Shown here: piece after piece, positions 8,234-15,830 of the stretch
How the letters are laid out: each line of letters begins with the position of its first letter
How positions within the stretch are numbered: the first letter of the stretch is position 1
Source: a virus
Taxonomy: Duplodnaviria; Caudoviricetes
DNA length: 37,908 bases
Reading direction: 5' to 3' (one strand)
Virus record (IMG/VR): IMGVR_UViG_3300032255_000170
Coordinates: 1 to 37,908 of that record
Position numbers and translations under genes: made by a program
Notes under the pieces: generated by a model
Seen by the model: only the letters and a program-made list of their open reading frames with translations
The model's database searches: none
Told to the model about the DNA's origin: nothing

Positions 8234-9202
8234 ATGATCAATGTGAAAGATGCACCCGTCGACGTAGAAGAAATTCGCCTTTGGGCGCTGAATTATCGAG
8301 AGCGCGATGGCGATCCGATTTCGAATGCCAGATTCGCCGATGAGTGCGGCATTCCGCAGGGGACGCTAGGGCCTTGGCTCGACAGGAAATACACTGGCCG
8401 CGAAGACAATGTCGCGCGCCGGATGCTGCAATTCAAACAACAGATTGAAGCTGGCGCAAAGCACCGTGATGCACTTCCAACTGATCCGGGCTTCTTTGAG
8501 ACAGAGACATCGATGCAGATTGAGAGCCTTTTGGTGATGGCTCATTCCGGCAAAATAACTGTCGGCGGATACGGACCCGGCACTGGCAAGACGATTACTG
8601 CGCGCGAGTATGAGCAGAAGGCTCAGCCGGTTTGGCTGGCGACGATGAAGCCCACCACAAAACGGGTCTCTCAGATGATTATGGAAGTGCACAAGGCGCT
8701 AGGCCTTGAGCCGCGATACATGATCGCTGCCGAAGCTTCGCGAATTGTGATGGACAGAATTAGAAAACGTAAAGGCCTGCTCATCATTGATGAGGCCAAC
8801 CATCTAACCATCGACGCCATTGAAGAAATTCGCAGTTGGCATGACGAGACAGGCGTCGGTATCTGCTTCCTTGGCAACCAAGAGTTGATCCGTCGTTTGA
8901 GGCAGGGGAAGCACAAAGAGCAGTTTGCCCGGCTCAACAGCCGCATCCAGATTTCCCTTGTGCAAGATGTGCCATCAGCCGCCGACATATCCGCATTTTG
9001 CGACGCATGGAGCATTACGGATGGCGCTATTCGCCGGTATCTTTCGAACATTGCCACATCGCACGATGCGGGCGGACTGCGTGAGTGTCGCCAGCTGGTT
9101 GAGATGGCTTCAGCCTTCGCTGCGCATGATGAGCGCGGCTTAATGCTGGACGATCTGCGCGAGGTGCAAGCAGGCCGGGCAACGAAGTGGATCAGGGCGT
9201 GA
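8234..9202 (+). CDS. MuB-like AAA+ transposition ATPase
   Basis: N-terminal HTH, Walker A GPGTGKT, Walker B LLIIDEA and the RLNSRI arginine-finger region; follows MuA. Confidence 0.92.
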   Translation: MINVKDAPVDVEEIRLWALNYRERDGDPISNARFADECGIPQGTLGPWLDRKYTGREDNVARRMLQFKQQIEAGAKHRDALPTDPGFFETETSMQIESLLVMAHSGKITVGGYGPGTGKTITAREYEQKAQPVWLATMKPTTKRVSQMIMEVHKALGLEPRYMIAAEASRIVMDRIRKRKGLLIIDEANHLTIDAIEEIRSWHDETGVGICFLGNQELIRRLRQGKHKEQFARLNSRIQISLVQDVPSAADISAFCDAWSITDGAIRRYLSNIATSHDAGGLRECRQLVEMASAFAAHDERGLMLDDLREVQAGRATKWIRA

Positions 9203-9357
9203 GGGCGCTGGTCGAGACGGTGCGCAGCGTGGCGCGCGATTATGAGCTGTTTTACGGCCAAGGCACCGCCTTGCCGCATTATGCGATTGGGTTTTCTTTG
9301 GTGCTCGGCGCGCTGGGTATCGCTTTCACCGTTGCTGAGATGGGAGAGGCGCTGTGA
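9199..9357 (+). CDS. 52-aa membrane protein (not in the ORF track)
   Basis: GTGA overlaps at both ends; hydrophobic segment YAIGFSLVLGALGIAFTVA. Confidence 0.55.
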   Translation: MRALVETVRSVARDYELFYGQGTALPHYAIGFSLVLGALGIAFTVAEMGEAL

Positions 9358-10055
9358 TGGCCGCTGCTGACGCCGCCGCGCGGCCCGCCCAGTTTGACCG
9401 ATCGAGCAAGGCCCGGCGCGGTCTGATCGCCAAGGTCCATGTTGCCAAGAAGCAGCTCAATCTGGATGATGACGATTATCGCCAGATCATGCTGGATGAG
9501 GCTGGCGTGATGAGTGCGGCCGATGCTGACGAGGCGGGCCTGAAGGCGGTTGTTCGCCGGTTCGAAGGGCTAGGGTTTAAGCCGCTGCCGAAGAAGGGTC
9601 TGCCGCGCGCCGCGCAGTCGCCGATGGCGAAAAAGGCGCGGGCGCTTTGGATATCGCTCTACCATTTGGGCGAAGTCCGAAACCGCAGCGAAAAGGCGCT
9701 TGAAGCGTTCGCCCAGCGCCAACTCAAATGCGAGCGCATGGCGTGGGCGGATCAATCGCAGGCGCACAAATTGATCGAGGCGCTCAAGGCGATGGCCGAG
9801 CGCGGTGGATGGGCACAAGCCGGTGAGAATGGCGCGCGGCTTTCTGTGATCGCGCTCAACGAGGGGCTTTGCGAGGCGATCCTCGTGAAGCTGCGAATGG
9901 CCGAGGACGCGCCAGCGAGCTGGACGCTCAGCGATGCGGCGTTCCGGCTTTGCGGTGTTGAGCTTGGCTCTGGCGGGCCGATGACATCTGAGAACTACGC
10001 CGCGCTGGCCGCACAATTGGGCGCGAAGCTGCGTGCTGCGGGAGGCGCATCATGA
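9357..10055 (+). CDS. gemA: GemA (Mu gp16) family protein
   Basis: LIAKVHVAKKQLNLDDDDYR...KARALWISL...LIEALKAM. Confidence 0.88.
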   Translation: MAAADAAARPAQFDRSSKARRGLIAKVHVAKKQLNLDDDDYRQIMLDEAGVMSAADADEAGLKAVVRRFEGLGFKPLPKKGLPRAAQSPMAKKARALWISLYHLGEVRNRSEKALEAFAQRQLKCERMAWADQSQAHKLIEALKAMAERGGWAQAGENGARLSVIALNEGLCEAILVKLRMAEDAPASWTLSDAAFRLCGVELGSGGPMTSENYAALAAQLGAKLRAAGGAS

Positions 10056-10189
10056 TCTATTATTCATCACCGCACTACGCTGGTCTGCGTGGCATGGTTT
10101 TTAGCCGGGGCGCTCTTGAGATTATCGCGGCTTGTGTGCTCCCGCCAAGTGTCGAAGCGGCGATTCGAGCGATGGTGGCGAAGTTATGA
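10052..10189 (+). CDS. 45-aa hypothetical protein
   Basis: GGAGG SD; ATGA coupling on both sides. Confidence 0.4.
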   Translation: MIYYSSPHYAGLRGMVFSRGALEIIAACVLPPSVEAAIRAMVAKL

Positions 10190-10374
10190 GCGCCGCATCA
10201 ATCCTTATCACCGATCCGCTGCCGGTTGATGCGCAGCCGACCGGGCCGCTGTATTATCAGGGGGAGCACAACATCTGCCCCAGCTGCGGCAATGCTGGAT
10301 TCGAAGTTCGCCGCTCCACCGCAGAATGCATGCATTGCGGCCGCCCGATGGCTTTGGCGCACCGCGATCTGTGA
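10186..10374 (+). CDS. Zinc-ribbon protein
   Basis: CPSCG...AECMHCG. Confidence 0.7.
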   Translation: MSAASILITDPLPVDAQPTGPLYYQGEHNICPSCGNAGFEVRRSTAECMHCGRPMALAHRDL

Positions 10375-10769
10375 GCGAGGCGCGCGTCTTTTTGCCCGGT
10401 GTGCTGGGCGATATCGCCCGCGCTGCGGGTGAGGAGGCGGCGCTGTCCATCGCGCAGAAGTTTGGCGGGACGCGCGTCTATATCCCATCAAAACCGAGGG
10501 CTGATCACTGGCTTTGCGGTCTGGTTGGTGAAGAGGCGGCGCAAGCGATCGGTGATGAATTGACAGGCGGTTTCATCGGCGGCGCGCGCATAGATTTGCC
10601 GATCGGACCAGCTGGACACCAAGAGACCGCGCGGGCGAAAGTCGACCGGATGATCAAGGACGGAGCCAGTGAGCGTGACATTGCGCTGGCCTCTCGCTAC
10701 ACAACACGCGGTGTCCGCAAGCGCAAAGCGAAGTTGCGGGACGACACCCAAGCCAGCCTGTTTGATTAA
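10371..10769 (+). CDS. Mor/C-family transcription activator
   Basis: LGDIARAAGEEAALSIAQKFGGTRVYIP plus a C-terminal HTH; last gene before the lysis cassette. Confidence 0.85.
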   Translation: MSEARVFLPGVLGDIARAAGEEAALSIAQKFGGTRVYIPSKPRADHWLCGLVGEEAAQAIGDELTGGFIGGARIDLPIGPAGHQETARAKVDRMIKDGASERDIALASRYTTRGVRKRKAKLRDDTQASLFD

Positions 10770-10771
10770 CA

Positions 10772-10795
10772 CCCGGAACGCGTTCCGGGGCGCGG
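10772..10795 (+). promoter_or_regulatory. Late-promoter element, copy 1 (probable Mor/C-type activator site)
   Basis: CCCGGAACGCGTTCCGGG palindrome plus GCGCGG; identical to 19083-19106. Confidence 0.7.
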
Positions 10796-10826
10796 CTTAA
10801 CCCCACTTTCCACCATCACACTCGGC

Positions 10827-11462
10827 ATGACCGAGAACAGCATCCCTAACAAGATCATCGTGCAATATCCGCTGCGATACGTTCGCGCGCTTTGGCCGCT
10901 GCTCGGGATTGAGGGCGGCTGGGTCAACGATCCTGTCGATCGCGGCGGAGCCACCAAATATGGCATCTCGCTTCGCTTTCTCGTATCGGCCGGACAGATC
11001 GACAAGGACGCGGATGGCTTCGCAGATTTCGACCTCGATATGGATGGCGATATCGATCAGCATGATATCCGCAAGTTGACCATCGAACATGCGACCCAGC
11101 TTTACTATGAGCACTTTTGGAAGGTGCTCGATTGCGACAGCTTTCCTGAGCCGATCGGCGAGATGGTGTTTGATCAGGGCGTTAATGGAGGCAATCACGC
11201 CGCGCGCAAGCTGTTGCAGCAGGCCATCAATTCACTGCTTGCCCGGACCGCGTCGCTGCGAATTGAGGAGGACGGCCGGATCGGGGTGAAGACCACCGAG
11301 GCGCTCAAGAACGTGCTTGAGGCCTTCCCTATGCTTGCTTTCGTTGAGGCATTCCGAGCTGCTGTCAAAAACCGGTACCGCGCGATCGTTCGGCGCAATC
11401 CGAGCCAGCGGCGCTTCCTGCGCGGTTGGCTCAACCGAGCCGATGAGCTTGGCCGCGCCTGA
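10827..11462 (+). CDS. Endolysin, glycoside hydrolase family 108 with peptidoglycan-binding domain
   Basis: EGGWVNDPVDRGGATKYGIS, FDQGVNGG, DGRIGVKT, FLRGWLNR. Confidence 0.92.
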   Translation: MTENSIPNKIIVQYPLRYVRALWPLLGIEGGWVNDPVDRGGATKYGISLRFLVSAGQIDKDADGFADFDLDMDGDIDQHDIRKLTIEHATQLYYEHFWKVLDCDSFPEPIGEMVFDQGVNGGNHAARKLLQQAINSLLARTASLRIEEDGRIGVKTTEALKNVLEAFPMLAFVEAFRAAVKNRYRAIVRRNPSQRRFLRGWLNRADELGRA

Positions 11463-12142
11463 TGTTCACCGCCATCCGTCTCCTATTGTCAGGCGCGCTT
11501 GAGCGTGTCCTGAGCGCCCTATCAGCGGTGCTTAAATGGCTGCTTAGTGATTGGCGCAACGGGCCGCTGGTGTGGTTCTTTGCGCTTTTTCTAGTCAATG
11601 CCATCATCATCAAGCCAGCCATGCGCGAAGAAGTCAGGGGGGCGGAGAGCCAGCGCGACACCGCACGCGCCGAACGCGATGCCACAAAGGCTGCGTTCGA
11701 GCAGACCGTCGCGGGCTATCTAGCTGCTGCCGAGCAGGCTGAGCGCGATGCAGAGGCGAACCTCGCCCGCGTTGAGGCCGATCAGGCCGCCATCACTCAG
11801 GAGACGATCGATGATTATGAGAGCCGCATTGCTGCTGTTCGCGCTAACGCTGACCGCTTGCGGGCCGGAGCGCTTCGAGCCGCCCCAATCAATACCAGCG
11901 GTCCCGGCGCAGCTAATCTGCCCGGTTCCGGCGACACCGCCACCGGCGCTGATGCAGCGCCCGGCAATCCTGAACTTCCTGCCGGACCAAACGTCTGCCC
12001 CTCTGATTTCGTCTGTCTCACGATCGATGAAGCCCTGATCGCAACAGAGCAAGCCATCCAGCTTGATGCGTTGATCGATTGGAATTTGGGCCAAGCGGCA
12101 GTGCCGTTCACGCCGCAGGAGGTCAGCGATGCAGGGCAGTGA
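11462..12142 (+). CDS. Rz-like inner-membrane spanin
   Basis: N-terminal TM segment and coiled coil; follows the lysin; hosts a nested lipoprotein gene. Confidence 0.75.
   Translation: MFTAIRLLLSGALERVLSALSAVLKWLLSDWRNGPLVWFFALFLVNAIIIKPAMREEVRGAESQRDTARAERDATKAAFEQTVAGYLAAAEQAERDAEANLARVEADQAAITQETIDDYESRIAAVRANADRLRAGALRAAPINTSGPGAANLPGSGDTATGADAAPGNPELPAGPNVCPSDFVCLTIDEALIATEQAIQLDALIDWNLGQAAVPFTPQEVSDAGQ
11811..12038 (+). CDS. Rz1-like outer-membrane lipoprotein spanin, embedded in the +1 frame
   Basis: SD CAGGAG 7 nt before ATG 11811; MIMRAALLLFALTLTA-C lipobox; Pro-rich mature part. Confidence 0.7.
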   Translation: MIMRAALLLFALTLTACGPERFEPPQSIPAVPAQLICPVPATPPPALMQRPAILNFLPDQTSAPLISSVSRSMKP

Positions 12143-12344
12143 ACGATTGTTGGAGCGCAATGAGGCGTTTGAGCGCGCGCGGGCCGAGCAGGCGGTTGAG
12201 CGCATCCGATCCAACCTAAAAGGCATCGGCGTCGAATTCTGCGAGGATTGCGAGGAGCCGGTTGGCGAAGCTCGCCGTAAGGCCATGCCATCGGCAACCC
12301 GCTGCATCTCATGCCAGTCTGTGGTTGAGCGAAGGCGGCGCTGA
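12129..12344 (+). CDS. TraR/DksA C4 zinc-finger protein
   Basis: CEDCEEPVGEARRKAMPSATRCISCQ. Confidence 0.9.
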   Translation: MQGSERLLERNEAFERARAEQAVERIRSNLKGIGVEFCEDCEEPVGEARRKAMPSATRCISCQSVVERRRR

Positions 12345-12778
12345 TGGTCGGTTCTTTTACCTTTCCCAAATTCCTCTCATTCTGGCTGCCTGCGCTGGCA
12401 GTCTCAATCGTTGTGCCTGAGGCCGCGATACCGCTGGGCAAGCGGTTTTTGGTCGATCTTTGGGGTTTGCCTGTGCCGGTTGTGACCTGCGTGCTCGGCG
12501 CGCTTGGAATTGCAGCCTCGCGTCCGTTCACCCGAAAGTCAGAGGCGGAATTGGGCTGGAAGCTGCGCGGTCTCGTCACGCTGATCATGTTGGTCGTGGT
12601 GGAGCTTTGGATCGTCGAATCGCAGCCGAGCTGGCTGTTCGCATTCGTGGTGGCCATCGGCCTTGGGTTTTCTGGTTTCTCACTGCTGGAATTGTTTGGC
12701 GACCAAGTGAAAGATTTTGTGCGGCGCGCGTTCAGTGGCGCGGCTGGAACAATCGGCAAAGGACCGGATCAACAATGA
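12344..12778 (+). CDS. Putative holin
   Basis: Three to four TM segments; located in the lysis cassette. Confidence 0.6.
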   Translation: MVGSFTFPKFLSFWLPALAVSIVVPEAAIPLGKRFLVDLWGLPVPVVTCVLGALGIAASRPFTRKSEAELGWKLRGLVTLIMLVVVELWIVESQPSWLFAFVVAIGLGFSGFSLLELFGDQVKDFVRRAFSGAAGTIGKGPDQQ

Positions 12779-13203
12779 ATAGCAGTGACCTTCTTGAAGT
12801 GGCGATTATCGCTTTCATCGCCATCGGGATTGCCGTTGCGATCTGGAAAGGCGGCGCGCGCAACCCGGTCGGGACGGGCGGCCTCGACAAGCGGCTGACC
12901 GAATTCGGAGGCGCGCTTGCTGGGGTTGAGGGCAAGGTTGGCGAGATCGAGGATCGGATTGAGCAGATCGAACGCGTTGCCGCGAACAAAGAGGATATTG
13001 ATCGAATGGAAGAGCGACTGGAACGCCGCATCAAATCGATCAGCTCCGCGTTGCCGGATTTAGAGGCGCGTCAGCACGCGATGTCGGACCGATTGGCTGA
13101 GCACGCGACCCGCGCCGCAGTTACCGCCAAAACGGTCGAGCACGTCGGCCAGCAAGTGGACAGAATGTACAGCGTTCTGGTTCCGAAGGGGATGACAAAA
13201 TGA
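12775..13203 (+). CDS. Membrane-anchored coiled-coil protein (Mu gp25 position)
   Basis: TM segment LLEVAIIAFIAIGIAVAIW followed by heptad repeats; ATGA at 12775. Confidence 0.7.
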   Translation: MNSSDLLEVAIIAFIAIGIAVAIWKGGARNPVGTGGLDKRLTEFGGALAGVEGKVGEIEDRIEQIERVAANKEDIDRMEERLERRIKSISSALPDLEARQHAMSDRLAEHATRAAVTAKTVEHVGQQVDRMYSVLVPKGMTK

Positions 13204-13508
13204 GCTTTTCGCAAGACGTCGCCAATGCGCTTGCACAAGAGGCGCGCCTCTACATCCTGAAGGAACTGGCGCAGCAACCCGATGGCCGGTTGTCGATCAT
13301 GCTGATCAAGCGCGTGCTGGATAGCTACGAGCTGCGCCGCGACCGCGACTGGATCGAAACGCAGCTGCGCAAGCTGGAGACGCTTGGTGCGGTCACTATT
13401 GGCGGCCGAGACAAGGTGTTGATCGCCCGGCTTGAACGGCCGGGCCGCGATCACATCGAGGAGCGTTCGTTCCTCGCTGGGGTGATGAAGCCAGCGGAGG
13501 CCGAGTAG
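13200..13508 (+). CDS. Mu gp26-like winged-helix protein
   Basis: ARLYILKEL...RDWIETQLRKLETLGAV...GRDHIE...GVMKP; synteny before the small terminase. Confidence 0.75.
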   Translation: MSFSQDVANALAQEARLYILKELAQQPDGRLSIMLIKRVLDSYELRRDRDWIETQLRKLETLGAVTIGGRDKVLIARLERPGRDHIEERSFLAGVMKPAEAE

Positions 13509-14093
13509 ATGACGTCGGCAGCTGACAAGCGCGAAGGCCGGGGACGGCTGTCCTCGATCGATCTGCTGCCGGATGAGGCGGAGCCTGCGATTGTCTGGGC
13601 GCTGGAACAGCTGCGCGAGCGCACTTTGCCTGCCACTGTCATCCTCGCTGAGTTCAATGAAAAGCTGGCCGATATCGATCCCGCTTTGGGCTCGATCAGC
13701 AAGTCAGCGTTCAATCGGTATTCCCTGCGCAAATCGCTCCAATGGAAAAAACAGGACGAGACCCGCCGCATCGCCGGTGAGCTTGCAGCGGGAATGGGCG
13801 CAAAAGACGCCGATGAAATGACGGTGATGATCGCCGAGATGGTCAAGATCGCGGCATTTGAATTGCTGGAAGATGGCGAGCTGTCGACCAAAGGCATCAT
13901 GGAAATCAGCCGAGCGCTGCAATCCTCGGTCGGCGCGCAAAAGACCAGCATCGAATATCGCGAGCGGTTACAGCGGCAGCTTGATGAGAAGTTGGCCGAG
14001 GCCGCCGCCAAAGTGGGCGCAGCGGCCAAGAAAAACGGCGTTTCGCCAGAGGCAATCGCCAAGATCAATGATGCGCTGCTGGGGCAAGGTTGA
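13509..14093 (+). CDS. Terminase small subunit (Mu gp27/DUF3486-like)
   Basis: RGRLSSIDLLP...ISKSAFNRY; upstream of the large terminase. Confidence 0.82.
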   Translation: MTSAADKREGRGRLSSIDLLPDEAEPAIVWALEQLRERTLPATVILAEFNEKLADIDPALGSISKSAFNRYSLRKSLQWKKQDETRRIAGELAAGMGAKDADEMTVMIAEMVKIAAFELLEDGELSTKGIMEISRALQSSVGAQKTSIEYRERLQRQLDEKLAEAAAKVGAAAKKNGVSPEAIAKINDALLGQG

Positions 14094-14245
14094 TGGATAG
14101 AGAACCCGACTGGCTCATCTATCAAGATGACTGTGAACCTTTCGATGATTGCGCAGCGTTCGATGATTGCGGTTTAGGGGCTGATGGCCAGTGCTCGCAG
14201 GCTGGCACCGAATGGTGTGACTGGGAATGTGGGAGGCTCGGTTGA
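14093..14245 (+). CDS. 50-aa acidic six-Cys protein (not in the ORF track)
   Basis: MDREPDWLIYQDDCEPFDDCAAFDDCGLGADGQCSQAGTEWCDWECGRLG; TGATG coupling at both ends. Confidence 0.7.
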   Translation: MDREPDWLIYQDDCEPFDDCAAFDDCGLGADGQCSQAGTEWCDWECGRLG

Positions 14246-15672
14246 TGGCCAAATCGCCCAAAGGCAACGCCAAGTGCGTCCCCAAAGACACCGATGCGAT
14301 TTTCCTGCCGTATCAATCGGCGTGGATCAGGGACGAGGCGCGCCTTAAGCTGATCGAGAAAAGCCGCCAGATCGGCTTGTCCTGGGCAACGGCTTATGCC
14401 TGTGTTCAGCGCACCGCATTGCAGGGTGCGCGGTTTGATCAATGGGTGAGTTCGCGCGACGATATTCAGGCGCAGCTATTCCTAGAGGACTGCAAATTGT
14501 GGGCGGGCAATCTGCAATTCGCGGCAGAGGATTTGGGCGAGCAAGTGCTCGATCCGCGCGACCGGCAGACGGCGTATGTTTTGCGCTTCGCCAACAATCG
14601 CCGCGTCAATTCGATGTCGTCCAATCCGAACGCGCAGGCAGGTAAACGCGGCGGGCGTGTGCTCGATGAATTCGCGCTGCATCCCGATCCGCGCAAACTT
14701 TGGACGATTGCCTATCCCGGCATCACTTGGGGCGGCGCGATGGAGGTGATCAGCACGCACCGCGGCAGTCAGAATTATTTCAACCAACTGGTGCGCGAGA
14801 TCAAAGAAGGCGGCAATCCAAAAGGCGTCAGCCTGCACACTGTTACGCTTCAGGATGCCCTCGATCAGGGTTTTCTGTGGAAGTTGCAGCAAGTTTTGTC
14901 CGCCGATGATGAACGAATGCCGATGGACGAGGCTGCGTATTACGATTGGGTCAAAGCGGGCACGGTCGATGAGGAAAGCTTCCTTCAGGAATATATGTGC
15001 AAGCCTGCGGATGATGACGCCGCATTCCTCGAATACGAGCTGATCACCCGGTCTGAATACCCGAACGGGACTGACTGGCAGGAGACTGAAGGCGGCCAGT
15101 TGTTCGTCGGAATTGATATTGGTCGAAAGAAAGACCTGACTGTTATCTGGGTCATCGAGAGGCTGGGCGACGTATTTTACACTCGCCAGATCGAAGCGCT
15201 GCAAAATATGAGCAAACCGGATCAGGAAAAGGTGATCTGGCCAATTGTCGAGCGAGTGTTGGCATCTGGCGGGCGTGCTGCGCAGGATTACACCGGGCTT
15301 GGTATCGGATGGGGCGACGATGCTCAGGCGCGATTTGGCAAGTACAGGTACGAATGCGTCAACTTCACCACGCAGACCAAGGAGGCTTTGGCATATCCGG
15401 TTCGCGGCGTGATGGAGGATCGCAAGATACGTATCCCCTACGATCCCAAGGTCCGTGCCGATCTGCGCAGCGTCACCAAGCAAGTGACGGCAGCGGGCAA
15501 CATCCGATTTACCGCCGAGCGAACGCCCGATGGCCACGCCGACCGTTTCTGGGCGCTTGCGCTGGCGATTCACGCTGGCTCGGATCAGGCGGGCGGACCG
15601 TGGCGTCCACTGATTGGCCCGATGGGCGGGCTGCCAACACTAGAACTCGATCAGAACTGGATACCGGGATGA
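14245..15672 (+). CDS. Terminase large subunit (Mu gp28-like)
   Basis: FLPYQ, KSRQIGLSW, VLDEFA, GIDIGRKKD, GHADRFWA. Confidence 0.93.
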   Translation: MAKSPKGNAKCVPKDTDAIFLPYQSAWIRDEARLKLIEKSRQIGLSWATAYACVQRTALQGARFDQWVSSRDDIQAQLFLEDCKLWAGNLQFAAEDLGEQVLDPRDRQTAYVLRFANNRRVNSMSSNPNAQAGKRGGRVLDEFALHPDPRKLWTIAYPGITWGGAMEVISTHRGSQNYFNQLVREIKEGGNPKGVSLHTVTLQDALDQGFLWKLQQVLSADDERMPMDEAAYYDWVKAGTVDEESFLQEYMCKPADDDAAFLEYELITRSEYPNGTDWQETEGGQLFVGIDIGRKKDLTVIWVIERLGDVFYTRQIEALQNMSKPDQEKVIWPIVERVLASGGRAAQDYTGLGIGWGDDAQARFGKYRYECVNFTTQTKEALAYPVRGVMEDRKIRIPYDPKVRADLRSVTKQVTAAGNIRFTAERTPDGHADRFWALALAIHAGSDQAGGPWRPLIGPMGGLPTLELDQNWIPG

Positions 15673-15830
15673 AGCAGGGCACGCATATTTTGAGCCATCG
15701 TGGAGGCCGGTCGGTTTTCGCTAAGGTTGAAGGTGAAAAGCTTTTGCTGATCGAGCGTCGGATCAGTGAACCGGACGCTAGAATCTTCCTCTCCGAAAAG
15801 GCGCAAACCGCACTGAAGGAGCTGCTCTGA
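15669..15830 (+). CDS. 53-aa hypothetical protein
   Basis: ATGA and TGATG coupling between the terminase and portal genes. Confidence 0.6.
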   Translation: MKQGTHILSHRGGRSVFAKVEGEKLLLIERRISEPDARIFLSEKAQTALKELL

